A stretch of 63,126 bases of DNA, counting the filler, from Choristocarpus tenellus KU-1152 (lineage: Eukaryota > Protista > Phaeophyceae), in the NCBI GenBank assembly GCA_964200185.2. It is 12 parts of 12 records of this genome, joined end to end, with 100 filler letters (N's around TTAATTAATTAA, not from the genome) between each part and the next. Parts side by side here need not be neighbours in the genome. Positions count along the whole stretch, not along the records: positions 48,345 to 50,852 come from CAXNAD020027219.1; positions 50,953 to 58,790 come from CAXNAD020005504.1; positions 58,891 to 63,126 come from CAXNAD020015553.1; 9 more parts are not named here. One strand, written 5' to 3'. Made by a program: the position numbers and the translations under genes. The number at the start of each line of letters is the position of its first letter. Positions within the stretch are counted from its first letter, which is position 1. Positions 49,863 through 63,126 of the stretch are shown here, one piece after another. The notes under the pieces were generated by a model, which was given only the letters and a program-made list of their open reading frames with translations, had not been told where the DNA came from and did no database searches.

Positions 49863-52313
49863 CCCCCCTCCCTCCCTCTCTTTCTCTTGAGCTTTTTTTG
49901 TTTTATCTTTGTTTTTATTAAGTGTTGTCGGGTTGGATGCGTGGTGATGCATTTATAAGGGTATGAATGAAATCGCATTTCAAAATAAAATAACGTACAT
50001 TGTCTTTTTTTTTTGGTTTGGTCCCCCTCTGATGGGGGGAGATTTACAATAAATATATCCATCTCAAATAAAAAAAAATTCAAATCGAACAAGAACAGGA
50101 CAGTGGTTGACATCCGTACAGAGGTATATTTAATCTTACGTGTAACTGTCGACAGGGGGGAACAGTGCAGCTGCTGCAGCAACACTACTTCCCTCCTAAC
50201 GGTTTGAGAATGTGCACATTGTACTTCAGAATGTTTTTTCAAAATATGTACTATGAAACTGTGGATTTGTTTATGAACTGAAGGCATTATTAGTACTTGC
50301 ATAATGTAATCTACGTTCGTATGTGGTACTTACCATAGTAGTAAACTGTCTCAATGAATGAGTGGTATTCAACACTAGAGCTCTATGTGGTGTGGTGAAC
50401 GTTATTTATGTCCCAAAACAAAAGAGAAATGTTTTTTTTTCAATACTGCTTGTTTTCTGGGGCAAAAAATTGTGACAAACGATCTTTTCTATTGTCAACT
50501 GAAGTTTGTCTTCCCTCATCTTTCGAGAACGGAAAAAAAAAAATGTCTGAGCTATGATGGGCGGGATGATGCATGATTTCCTTCGTAACAAAAGCAAGAA
50601 TATTTTAGAAGTTGTAAATTCATAACACAAAGTGAGTTGATTGAGCCACAGTGCGGAGCCTGTGCGATTTTTCTGTCGATGGAGTGCAACATACGCTGGT
50701 CGGATTGTTGAATTAAGAACGCAGATTCTTGGATACATCGAATAGGTGGTGAAAATTGAGAATACATTTTACATATTTCAAGTGGAGACCTATTCCCCCC
50801 CCCCCCCCCCCCCCCAACACAAAAAACAAAAAACACACCCCCCCAACTCATCNNNNNNNNNNNNNNNNNNNNNNNNNNNNNNNNNNNNNNNNNNNNTTAA
50901 TTAATTAANNNNNNNNNNNNNNNNNNNNNNNNNNNNNNNNNNNNNNNNNNNNGGGTGCTGGAGGTTCTCATCTGGAGAATCTCAGGGAAGTTTGATCTTC
51001 ATCTTGGCATCTATTTTCCCCCCTGGTTGAATGAAGGACTATTGATGTGAAGTTCAAGTACTATTGAAGTTGAAGTCAAAAACTTGAATGATTCTGTACA
51101 ATGGTCGAAACAGAAACAGTCTACTTTTTGTGTACTTCATAAATTGACTATTTTTTTGCTAGTTAAAAAAAAAATAGTTTATATTCAAAAACAAACAATC
51201 GAAATACGTACATGGGTTCCGGAGTGGTATTTCTTTCAATAAAGAAAAAAGAAGTAAATTTATTTTGTTTATATTCATATTTTTATTTTGTATGTATATA
51301 TGTATGTATATATACTCACCGGACCTGCAAGCCACTACGAAAAGTACAACACTTGCCAAAAAAAAACTCTTTTTTTTCTTTTTCTTTTTTTCATACGACT
51401 GTTGAAAAATTCGAGGAAGATTAGGATTAGGGTTAAGGTTAAGGTTAAGGTTGAGAGGTGTCTTAATCAGTTCCATGTAATGCATTAGGGTTTCATGTCA
51501 TGTTATTATTTACAGTGTTCTGGAGATGATAATAATAAAAAAATAATAATAATAGCAATAATAATAATAAAAATAATAATAACAACAACAATAACAATAA
51601 TAATAAAATGGAAATTCTTGTCTTCGGTGTGGACTTGTCTTGGTTGAAGACTGCTCACAGCTGGAAGTCTTTGGGGGGGCAGGTGTGTTGGAAAATTCTG
51701 TAGATTAAGACTTTGGTGTAAGCTAAGTAGCCGTACTGTGAAATATGTATCATATTCATATACATACACATATACATATATATATATATATATATCTACA
51801 TATGCTCAAAAAAAAAAGTTGAAGTTACGCCATACCTCCGACTGAAACCCTTCGGGGTATTATAGTGTGTACATGTGCATTATAATTAAATTATGTATAT
51901 ACTCTGGCAAAAAAAAATCAAGTTGCATTTTTATGTTGTGTAATCAATGCTAATATTCTTCTTTTTTTTTAAGTAGTGCATTTTTTTTCATTATTTTATC
52001 AGTACAGTGCAATAGCACTGTTGGCATGATATTGTCCATAATACAGATATAACACAGGTAATGCAGGCATTGGGTCGCTTCCGGAGTTAAACTCCATTGG
52101 GTTAGGGTTTTGTCCTCATGAGATGACATGTAGGGCCATCCCCTTCAACCTCCCACCAAACCAACCTCTTCATTGCAAACATTGTTTTATACTCTGACTG
52201 ACCTCTGACTGATCCCCTCGCCACCTGGCGTGGTGGTTTTCCTACACCCTGCTGTTGCTTTTCTGCTCTCCTTTTACAACATATGTGTGTGTGTGTGTGT
52301 GTATTGGTGAAAG

Positions 52314-53671
52314 GACCTTAACCGGCATTTGACATCATCGTCCATGGACGTTTCTAGGTCCTCGGAGGTGGTCTTCTGGTATTCACTTCCCAAATCAAAA
52401 GATGGTACTGGCTCATCCCGATCAAAAAAGAGCCAGTCCCCTTCACCATTCAAGCACCTGGCGGATTACTTTGGACTGTGGCATGAGTACTTGAGGAGTG
52501 AGTGAGAGGGAGAGAGTAAGAGAGAGAGAGAGAGAGAGATGCCCCCTTCCCCTGCCTATTTCAAACACACACACAAATACACACACAAACACAGAAGGCT
52601 CCCCTTCGTGACGCGAATGAGGGGTTAGGACGGTTTGGTGATATTTTTGGTATCTGATTTGTGAGTTGTGGGGGGGGGGGGGGGGGGGGGGGGGATTTAG
52701 GAGAAAAGGTATAGAGGGTGTGTTTGTGGGCGCNNNNNNNNNNGGGGGGGCGGGAATTATATAGGAATGATATATAGGAATGATTGTATTGGTCCCCGCG
52801 GTTCAATAGAATTGTACATTAAGTTAGTTTTTATAGTTTGGTGGTGCATGGCTGTATGATCCAATAAAAAATGTTTTATTCGGTGAATGTTTGAGCCACT
52901 CTTACGATACGCTCAGTCGACAGTGGTACGGTGAAGGCGTTCTTTGTATTCACTGACCGATTTATTAGCATGCTTGTAGTCGATGGAAGTATAGGTTTTA
53001 AGAAAAAAACTGGATGTAGGTGACAACGCTCCCCTCTCTCTCCCCCCCCCAAAATAAATAAATAATAATAATAACCCTAATAAACACAGTGGTGTATGTA
53101 TAGTGTGTACTAGTACTACTGTAGTACAAGATACAGTCGCCTACTACTGCCCGCCTAGCATTCCCTCCCTCCCCCCGACAAGTATTTTCTTACTATTTGA
53201 CCTGAAAACGTCAACTCCTCTCTTGGTTACAGGGATGCCGATAGGGTGAGAGAGTTCAGTTGGTGCAACCCTAACCCTAACCCTAACCCTAACCCTGATA
53301 GGTACCGGATGTCGGTATGATAAATATATACCTCGTATGGTCAGCAGTATTACCTCATACCGTCATGCATATCCGATTTTTGATTGGACCATAGCTCCCT
53401 TTTTTTTTGTTCGAATTCGATGGTGGATGGTGGCCCGCGCTAGTTTGGGCTACATTATGTCTCCTGCGCTAGTTTATTGGTCGGGGCCGTGAACGATATC
53501 CATTCGGCCCTTCTTGCTTCAAATGCCGCTTCTCACCTTGCCCTTCTCACCTTGCCCCTGCTGCCGTTCACCCCCCTGTCCCTTACGTCCACCTCATTTC
53601 TTATGTCATACACGACCTGTCGTTGTTGCTGCTGCTGCTGTTATTATTGTTGTTATTGTTATTGTTATTGT

Positions 53672-53702
<31 letters not shown>

Positions 53703-55418
53703 CAGCTATGCACAACGGGGTCCATACGATGAGGCTTGATGGCAACATTCACCTCATGCTCATCAATGCTGCCTCGGTGAGTGGCGTAGATGTAGCCTTC
53801 GTAACCGGCATCAGTGATTTGATTTGATTTGATTTGAGAGATGCTTCGGAATGTCCTGATTTGGTTACGAGCACGTGCAAATCATTTATTTTTTTTGCCC
53901 ATTTGTATTGAAATTTTGGCAGATATTTGTTCATCTTTTTTTTGCATGAAGATTATTTTTTGTTGTTTTGGGGATAGATGGATGGATGGATGGATGGATG
54001 GATGGATGGATGGATGGATATTTTATCGTGACCACAGCACCTCTGGGGGTTGTTGTAAAATTATGTGCATTACATAGTTGTAGAGCTGGAATAGTTGCTT
54101 CATTGATACGCTAGTTTAATTTAGACACACGGCCGTAGTACTAATTATTGTTCGTGTTCGTGCCATTGTTGAACAGTAGTAAGACAGACATAAACTGGAT
54201 ATTTTTGAAAGAGCAGATAGACAGACATAAACTGACTAGCGCTTGTCGATAGCTACGTACCTTTTTCTTTCTTTTCCTTTTGTTTAATAGTACAATAATA
54301 ACAATAACAATAACAATAACAAGTTTTGTATATGAATCATTCCGTGTGCTCCCTCTCTCTCTCTCTGTGTGTGTCCTGATTTGTTAGAGAGTTGGACTTA
54401 GGTGTGTTGTTTGTTCGCTGTTCACTTTCCACTTTCCTTTTTCCATTGATGGTTTTGTTGGCGGAGATTGTAGAAGGAGGGGGGTGTGTGAGTTAGGAAA
54501 GAATCAAACCTTTTCGTACCAAACGTGGGGACAGGTCAGTGTTATGAAGGTTAAATGATAGCAGTGTATGTCTACCACTGAGGACTCAGAACGGTATACA
54601 TTCGGAAGATGCCCTGTCCACATCGTAGAAGGAATCTAAGATTCCATCCCCCCTCATCACAATGGGAGCATTTATAATAGTAATGTGATACGGAGGAGAG
54701 GGCTGGACAGATTGCAGATTGAAGGCATCCCTTGAAGTACTGTCTCAACACAGGCTGGCTTGTTTTCTCAAACTAGTCAGTGGAACAATCTAGAAGAAGT
54801 TAGTGATTTCTACCACTGACATAATAATAAAATTGGAGGTTGATGGAGAGGGCGTGATGTTACTACGATAGAGGGGTATTGAAGCAACTGGTTTGACGCA
54901 TGCTGTTGACGGATTGTTGTCTGCTTGTACTGAGCCACAGTCCTCCTTAAACAACTGTATCCCAGCATCTCACACTGGCTCTTATGTTTTTTTCGTAAGT
55001 AGGTGTGGTCTTTTTGAGTCTTGCGTGTTCTACTCAGTCTTCGGCATGTCTCACGAAACCACCCGCCTTCCATATTTTACCAGTCCCCTTACGCAGAGCT
55101 CAAGCCCCCAAACGTCATCCCCGCGGAGCTCAAGCCGCTGGACCGGAGTTCCATGAAGAATGTGGCATTACTCCAGAAATCGAGGACATTAGGGATGCAG
55201 ATGAGGCCTGCTGGAGAGTCCCTCCAGTCTTGTGATCTTGTTTGTCAGGCTGAGGTATGTTGGGGGGTGGGGGGGGGGGGGGGGGGGGGGGGGGGGTTTG
55301 TTTGGGTATAGAGAGGGAAGGGGGGGGGGGGGGGGGGGGGGGGNNNNNNNNNNTTGTTTTGCTGCATCTCCGTTGTGGCTCGTGGTTGGGGGTGGGGGGG
55401 GTGTGGGGGTGTGGGGGT

Positions 55419-55452
<34 letters not shown>

Positions 55453-57153
55453 GTGCTGTCTGTTGATATTGTGAACATAGTTAGGTGTTATGGAAGGTTT
55501 GGAGGTAGGGCAATGCTGATTGATATTTGAGAGGTCATTAGCGCTTAATGTAATAGTCTGTGTTCCATACCATGTGTTAGTTGTTATGTGATAATTTTGA
55601 TTGAGTTAGTAACAGTAACGGCGGTGATATATTTGTAATGTTGGTATAATAGTACCAATGGTGGTACAAATAGTAATGGTGACAGTATCATACGACTGTG
55701 TGGAGTTATGGCAAGATGGATGGGGTCGGGGTTCAAAGTAGAGATTGGCAAGAATGGGAGCATTTTCACAGGTGGTGAATCTCTTTCCCGTATGCAGTAC
55801 TGACCCAAGTAGTGATTCTGACATGATAGTGTCATGTACCTAGCGCACTCACTCTACATTGGGCCTATATTGCTTCTAGTACATATGTCTATGATAGATA
55901 ATGCTCTTGGTCTTGTCCTGGTTTTGTATGCGGACATAATGCTCTTGGTCTCACAAGATTGGTGCTGTGGTCGTAGCCTGCAGATAATGCTTCAAAGTTT
56001 GCGTCATTTTTTTTTTGCAATACCATGCTCTTTTTATTATTTCCCAGCTACGCTTGCAATGCCTGCTGCTGAGGTTGTAGTGGTGACCGGCAGATGGAAT
56101 AAAAGCTGCTTCGTACACAAAATACTACAAGTCTCTGTAGTGCTTGCTCACTTCAATATATGCCCTGTAGCTTGCTACAGGGCACTAGTGTGAAAGAAAT
56201 GGACTATGCATTCAGGCAAATGATATTGCCGCCCAAGGCTCGCGTCACTCGTCCTTCCTGCTGGAATGTTGCTGGAATGTTGACACTTTGCCCCCTCGTT
56301 GCCCCTCCTTCATCCTCCGTGCGCATCAGGGTAAGTGTCATGAATACGTTTGATTTTCGTTGTGTGTGTGGGAACACCTGTAGGCACAGTGACAGGCACA
56401 GGCACATTCGCCTCCAGAGGTAACTCGAATTGCTCACAATATGTGCACATACTTACAAGTTTCCCCTGCCTCGTGCTGCTTCCTTGTGCGGTGTTTTTTG
56501 GGAAGGGTCTGGCCTGTACTGAGGAGATGATGGTGCTGGTCAACAGTTGCAACCACCTCAAGAAGTTCTTTCCATGCACAGTGTGTGAGCAAAGTGTAGG
56601 GTCAGAGCAACCCTGCTATGTCATTCCTGAGGCGCCAGTCAGCAATGTGAGTATGTAACACTATGCTATCAATTTTTTAGTAGGTGGAGAAGGAAGTGCG
56701 TTGTATGTAGGTGAGGGATAGGCTCATCGTTCCTGTGGTAAGTTTTGGTGTGGTTTCATTAGATGGGATAGAGGCTGTGCAAAGGACAGCATTTTTAACG
56801 TAAACTGGTAGTGACAACCTCATGAGACGAATGTGATTTACTGGTAAGGCGTTGTTGTAGCGGGAGCAGTATGAACAAGGCCGATGGCTGTGCTCTTGAG
56901 ACCAAACGGAAAAACGTGTCCCTTCAGCGGGTTGTTCTGTACAAATTTAATCTACAACGGCACTGATGACATAGGTGGTGTTTACTCAAAGTCGATCTGA
57001 ACTCCTCTTATCTACTCCCAACCACTTTTTTTTTCTGTGAACATGCAGTTCCCAGACCGCTGCCTGGTAACTTCTGAGGTGGTGAAGTCCACCTGTGCAG
57101 CCTCACATGCGTTGACCAAGCGCCTGTGTCCGTGCATCCATAGCTTGCCCTAA
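52314..57153 (+). CDS. GT13 (GnT-I/POMGNT1-like) glycosyltransferase C-terminal part fused to a GnT-V (MGAT5)-like Cys-rich tail, last five exons
   Basis: In-phase exons ~52314-52497, 53706-53776, 55084-55254, 56506-56646 and 57049-57153. The spliced peptide reads [23 protein letters not shown]...[19 protein letters not shown], then [14 protein letters not shown]...NSC...C..C...PC...RCLV...[15 protein letters not shown]. Confidence 0.75.
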
Positions 57154-58764
57154 CAGCAAGGGAGGGTGTTGGCTTGGGACTCAGTTCTAGCCAAGTAGTT
57201 GCCTCCATGTTTGCTCCGTCTGTTACATTGTTGTCTATCTGACTGGGGCTCTATTTAGGGATAAATTTGAAAGTGTATTGCGTTTTTGTGCCCTTGACTC
57301 TTGTTAGACCTACACATACTGGTCATTGAGGTTGAAATGAGAGTCCTGTTTCACGCAGCCTCCAGTGTGGATTCTGTTCTCGATGAGATGGGCTTGTTCA
57401 TCTTGCCGATCAAGAGCGTTTTTGTTGTGTGTTTGTCGGCACAGCATTAGAGCTTTGCTTTGCCCTGTTGGTAGTTGTGCAGTGTGGTTTGTCTGGCCTC
57501 CTCCAGGCGCTAAAAGAGATTAATCGCAGGAGTGTTATGAAGTTGGGGGAGACGAAACAAGTCTTCCGCTTGTTTCTCCATCGTTGTTTTTGGGAGGTGT
57601 GGAGTTGCTGGTGTGGTACAGTTAAGACATTATGTTGTGTTGTTGTGAACGTGAGGATTATTGTCTGTGTGTTGAAGTACCTTGTTGGTGTGTCTGCCTT
57701 ATGTCTATGTCGTGTCCTGTACCTTTTTGCGTGTATACAATTTCCTGGGGGGGGGTTGTTTTTTTGTTTTTACTTTGGGCCTGTGCAAAGGTGCCTGAGT
57801 GCCATGGTGGAGTTACCTGTTGAGGATGGAATGGTTATTATATTTTGATGTCAACCATGTATCAGTTGTTATGTTTGGTGGTTATCTCCATTATCTCCAC
57901 GGCGCTTAACTCTATTGTTAATTACTGGGGTATTGTTCTAGATACACCAGGAAATAGTGAAAGGGTTGCAGGCTTGTCATCAATCTTGTCGAAAGTATCA
58001 CACACACACACTGAAATATTGATAATTCCTCCGTTCTGAATTAAATGTAAGATAACGATTGCAAGCTCTGTTCTCACCCAGGAATGACCCATGTGATAGA
58101 CCCCCTGGACGGCTCTTAGTTCTCATATATAGGGAGGCGTGCAAAGGTTGGGATGGTGGACTGTCATGACTGTGGAGAATCACTAGTGCAAAACCAAGTC
58201 GCATTTGACAGGGTTCAAAAACCTTGCAAAACTGTCAAAAGAGGGGTATGATGGGATTGCCTAGAATGAAGGCCCTCCGTCGTTAGAGCGGCTTGCTCAT
58301 CCGTCATTGCCCATCAGTCCCAATTCTTCGGCCCAGAAGTCTGTCCAAGGTTCAGACTCAAATACCCCGACGAAGAACACCGGGGTGCCATGACGCCTGG
58401 AGGCCAGAGGGCGCGAGAGTCGGATGCCTTGAGGTATGGCGGTAGCCATCATGGAGGACTTCGGAATTTCCGGAATCACTCTGTTCAGTCATGTGAAGGA
58501 GTATGGAAGCCAGATAATACGGGGTGAATGCATGGACCTTGTACGACATCGCAAGGGGTGATGTGGCCACCATACAATTATCCTCGTCATTTGGGATGTT
58601 CCATTGTTGGTTACACCACACATCCTTCCACAAATGGGTGGCGAAAACTGGGTCTCCCTTGCCTCGTCGTGGGATCTGTGTGAGCACAACAAGAAGGTGA
58701 AGAAGGCCAAGCGGTGGATTAAGGCAGTCCTCTCAAATCAGCAGAAAGTCTTCAGCAAGAGTTT

Positions 58765-59027
58765 GACCCAAAGTATCTGGGAGGGGGATGNNNNNNNNNN
58801 NNNNNNNNNNNNNNNNNNNNNNNNNNNNNNNNNNTTAATTAATTAANNNNNNNNNNNNNNNNNNNNNNNNNNNNNNNNNNNNNNNNNNNNGTGATTTAAG
58901 CTCCTGACCCAAAGTATCTGAGGGGGGGGGGGGAGTCCACACCAGGGTGTCCATTTGGACCAAAGTCAGGAAAAGTGCATTTTCATTATCCATCGGACGT
59001 ATACAACCAAATCACCCAAAAATCATA
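58765..59027. mobile_element. Two MITE family A termini on either side of a spacer (58765-58790 and 58906-~59027), on different contigs
   Basis: GACCCAAAGTATCTG + G tract in both. The second continues CACCAGGGTGTCCATTTGGACCAAAGTCAGGAAAAG. Confidence 0.85.
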
Positions 59028-59202
59028 CATATATACATAAAGCAAATCTCCTCTACCTACTTTTTGATCTATTGATTTTAGTATGGTCTGTAATCCAACA
59101 TTTTTGAAACCGCTTGATCTTCGTCTGACCATGTAAAAAAAATTCTGTAGCTACATGGGTGAAGGAGAAAGTACATTTCCTAAATCTTTCACATCTTTGA
59201 TC

Positions 59203-62200
59203 ATGTCTGTCAATTCCACCAGCGATGTTCTAAGAGCTATTACTCCTCAGGCCGCAAGACATGAGCAATCACATCGCATCATTGCGATCCTTGAGGAAGC
59301 GATAGAGAAGCTCACCTTTCTAGGGAGTATTATGCCAGACGTGCTTCAACATCGTGATGAGCTCAGCAAGTTCGTTGGAGACGAAATCTCAAGGATTATT
59401 CAGGTGCCATGGCTTTGCTTATGCTTGGTTAACCTAATTATTAGGTCACAACTTTCCAGTTGGTGTCAGGATTTGACGTGTTCGACTGATTCCTTGACAC
59501 ATCGTCAGGTCTTTATTTGTCCACCAGCATACAGGTCTGTGCTCCTGTCTATGTTGCCACCTTCAAAGGTTGAACGAATGACGCTCTGAACTGATAGTAT
59601 CAGAATTGACTAATCACCTCCAAGACGCCTGCAGGAGCAAAGGCAACTTGAAGTACGATACGAAGAACTAATCGCACAACGAGGAGCATTGAAAGGCCTA
59701 GCAAACAAATCCCGATACAAAGAGGTGTGTTCCAACTCCAACCATGCATAAGATGAAATGTTTCTTGAGGGTGGGGCATGATCCAAGCTAGGGGACAGAA
59801 TTGAAACTAGAAGGAACAGGAGGTTCGGAATGAACTGCATAACAGCAAGCAACTATCTAGAGCACTATGCGACGATACTGCCGACTGACGCGCTAGCTTA
59901 CTGCACATCTATGTTGTCGTTATATATGAAAAGTAGGTTCAAAACGAGATTGAGGAGGTGAGTCGCGCTCTCCGTGAATCCACCAAGAACCTCTGCCGAA
60001 ATCTCAAGGATAATCCCAACATCAGTGGTAACCTTCTCAAGATTCAGCGCGAAAGAACAGAGCTCATCGACCTCCTTAACCAGACATCCAAGGAGATGGC
60101 TGAGGTGTGTAAGGAAATAGCCAACAAAAAACGAGTACTGTAACTTTGCATGCTCATCTATTGATATAGCCACTAACACTTTGGTGAATAATCGAGCTTT
60201 CTAAAAGAAACTATAAACGAATAATGCCGTGGCCAACAACAACTCTACTCCAGCTTGTCCTAACCTGTCCCACCTCTCCTAAACTAACGCAACAGCACCT
60301 TTCTGGACGGGCAAAGCCCCGCTGTTGGGACCCAATATGTTTTTCGATAACGTGTTTTCAAACCTCGTTGTGCTATGTTTTATAATCCTGATGACAGGCA
60401 AGAACAACCAAAGATTACATAATAGCAAGCTTCATGCTGAAATCCCTGATCCCTTCACCATCTGTTCTGCTTGTTTGATCGAAGATATTGGCCGTGGGCC
60501 AGGTCGAAAATTCAAAGGGTTCTTACCTTGAAGTCTGCCCACTACCACTTCATTTGGCAACAAATGATCAGATTACATCCTCTGTGCCTCCTTTCCAGGT
60601 CAGATCATTCAATGCTCTCGTCTCAGTGGTTGAGGAAGATCGGCTGGCTCACAGTAGGCAGAGTGAGCTTGTAAGGCGGGAGAAAGAGGCAACCCAAGCA
60701 GTCAAGAAGCTAGAGATTGATTTGCAAGCAGAGCGTTCAGATCATTCCCGCCAGGTTTGAACAAAACAATATCTGATGAGCTATGATGGAAAGCTCTGTC
60801 CTTACATATCATTCTGTTGGTCTTCACACATACTTCCGAAGATCAAACCCAATTTTCCTGGAAGCTGCATCCTTTGAAGATCAATGCAAAGCTCATAACT
60901 TTTTTGCTGTGTCGATATGCCATGTATGTGTGTGTGCATGCATCCCCATGTGTGTGTACAAATAAAGGCATCAAGAAGAATCAATGCTTAACCTGCTTGA
61001 GGGCTCTAGAATATATGGTGAGGGGGAAAACACTAAACTCAACCCAACCTAAAAAAAAAAGAGTCTCTGGGATAACAGACCGGTCCAAGAATCATTTACT
61101 ATTTCTGGTCCATCTACTAGGTATTGAATTGGTCCATGTCCACTGGAGGGACCTGGTCAAACATTCCCTCCTTCCATTCAAGCCCTGCACTTAGTTGGTC
61201 AAGACATGCAGTGCAGACACCTTGAGTAGTCAAGCACAAGAATTCCAATCACAATATGATGACCTATAACAAATTAGAAAGGAGAATTAAATCCAGCGGA
61301 GATTCAGGGATACTGCGTCCTCGTATACAGGGACCATATTGTTGATGTAATTGCCTTCCCAACCCAGAGTCTTTGCCTTCCAAGACTGATGACCCTGGCA
61401 CTTCAAACCCACCGTAAACAATCTCTGAATCAACATGTACTTGAAATTCAGACATTCCATCCATGTCTTTCGATGTCTATTAATATACTCCGGAATATGC
61501 ATCTGTGTTGGCGAAATCCATTGGAAGGGAATTGCCACAGTGGTCATTGAAAAAGTTGTCAAGACAATCCATAGTTGTGTAGAACGGACTTCTCTCTTGA
61601 GTTGTATGCAGAAGTCCTTGACCATATACACAACAGGTAAGGAGAGCTCTGCTACAGATAACCTGAGTCAAGGTAGTCTTTAAGACGATTGTGCATTGTG
61701 CCATTCAGGAACAATGTGAAATTTGGACACCGTGCCACCCCTCCTGAAAACAAAATGTCAGGCGACCGGGCATAAGGCAACGAGGGCGGAGCTCAAGCAA
61801 ACCTTGATGGCAGTGAAGTCCAAAATCACTGTGGACATCAAGTACAGTCGCAAGGAACACAGTGCTCGCGTCTCCAGCCTCCTCCGAGTGTGTGAACAGT
61901 ACGAGAGGCAACTGGAGGGTCAGGTGTGTCTGTTGGAATTTCTGGAGGTTTAGGGTTGCAATGGGGTCTAGTAGAAAAAGGGGAAACCTAGCCCGCACGC
62001 ATCAGTTCAGGGATGTTTGAGGGCGGGGTAGGCATTGAATTAGTCCTACCATGCTACAAAGAAAGGATTTGAATGCCTCTGCCTTCAAAGTCTCCCCTGT
62101 CGTTGGGTCTAAGATATCTATATTCAGTATTCTGTACTCACATACCCTCCACTGTATTCCTTATTGTGCATTTTTTTTATAGGTGAAAGAGCTAGAGAGG

Positions 62201-62298
62201 CGAAAAGACGTGGAGACAGCCGTTCATGGGCAAACAATGAAGTTCCTGGATGTCAAGAGAAGTCAACTCCAAGACGGAATTGACTCCTGGGAAGAGAG
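59203..62298 (+). CDS. DRC9: Dynein regulatory complex subunit 9 (IQCG/DRC9)-like coiled-coil protein, first six exons
   Basis: In-phase exons 59203 (or 59155)-59403, 59635-59724, 59937-60104, 60599-60754, 61762-61923 and 62183-62298. Motifs LRESTKNLCRNLKDNP...NLLKIQRER, RREKE and VHGQTMKFL...W resemble IQCG. The IQ motif lies beyond the window. Confidence 0.78.
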
Positions 62299-62960
62299 GT
62301 GACGATAGATGAACATGATGTATCTATTGAGGGCACTTGAGTGCTACGCCCACATCTTGCACTATCACTGTTGTTACTCATGCGAGATTTTAATGCGACC
62401 TTGAGCCATCACTATGAGGTATACTCAGTGAATCTTTTTCAGCCAACATCTCTCCTATGTCACGAACAGCAGTTCCCCACTGGAGTTTTTCTGTTGCTAT
62501 CACAATTCCTGGTTCCTTACGTAGACCTCGGGCTCTCTATTTAAACCGCGCTGCTGCTTCCACTTTACAATTCTTCTGTGCAGTTGGCTGAACTTCCCGC
62601 CACCGCCTCGCACAGTCATCGTTGGGCTCACTCGCATTGCCGTACAGGCCACAGCAGAGCTCCCCAGCCTATGCTACTGTACCGCAGAACCCTATACCAT
62701 ACCTTCATGGAGTATGTATTTGTTAGTCCTAACGATTTTGCACGGTACAAGCAACAAGTCTCTTTGAAACAACTCTTACTGTCGGGATATTAGTCCACAG
62801 GTAGTGAATTCCCTGATTTCATACGGTGCTAGATGATCGAGAAAATCGCTACAGTGACGATTTATTGCATGGAAGAATTTGCCATTACCTCTACTGAAGC
62901 TGAATAACTAACTCTTTGGCATAATAGACCTCCGACTGCACGACAAATAACAGCACATGT

Positions 62961-63078
62961 TTCCTCACAAAACATGTTATTTATTTCCTCATAACACATG
63001 CTATTTATTTCCTCACAAAACATGTTATATATTTCCTCACAAAACATGTTATTTATTTCCACACAAAACATGTTATTT
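62961..63078. repeat. 24-bp minisatellite, about 5 copies
   Basis: TTCCTCACAAAACATGTTATTTAT repeated with substitutions. Confidence 0.9.
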
Positions 63079-63126
63079 TTTTTTCCCCTGCTGTGCTGCA
63101 ATCCACACTTTTTGGTTGGGGGGGGG

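Noticed and set aside
51822-51850. 5S rRNA-like start (GTTACGCCATACC...CTGAA)
   Set aside because: The similarity ends after about 25 nt, and no internal A/C boxes or 3' stem follow.
58297-58490. Possible minus-strand terminal exon (…VFFVGVFESEPWTDFWAEELG…)
   Set aside because: Two open frames are equally plausible, no family was recognised, and no upstream exon is on the contig.
16014-62298. Apparent cluster of flagellar and cell-cycle genes (IFT56, CDK, DRC9)
   Set aside because: The genes lie on different contigs that are joined artificially, so there is no evidence of linkage.

Overview
This window is not one locus. It holds 12 short eukaryotic contigs joined by 11 artificial 100-bp spacers (N44-TTAATTAATTAA-N44, a six-frame stop linker), plus two 10-N scaffold gaps, so adjacency across spacers has no biological meaning. 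The DNA comes from an intron-rich, flagellated eukaryote. It is most likely an ochrophyte stramenopile, possibly a brown alga; this is inferred from long GT-AG introns, IFT56 and DRC9, a PSTALRE-type CDK and TTAGGG tracts. Most ORFs in the supplied track are spurious. By splicing manually with phase checks I reconstructed nine genes. Two look complete: a sterol desaturase/CH25H-like hydroxylase and a nocturnin. Seven are partial: IFT56/TTC26, a calcineurin-like phosphatase, a CDKA2-like kinase, an ankyrin protein head-to-head with that kinase, an MFS transporter, a GT13-like glycosyltransferase with a GnT-V-like Cys-rich tail, and DRC9/IQCG. There are also three orphan terminal exons. The rest is decayed retroelements (a CRE-like non-LTR element and Ty3/Gypsy-like relics), MITEs and minisatellites. 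The best-supported unusual item is an abundant G-tract MITE family with TIR GGCTCAAAGTATCT and a 3-bp TSD. Removing one copy in silico restores a retroelement reading frame, and the family sits at many of the contig breaks. Next are a Myb-site/CHR-like palindrome in the CDK-ankyrin bidirectional promoter and the GT13 plus GnT-V-tail architecture. No CRISPR array, rRNA or tRNA could be supported.
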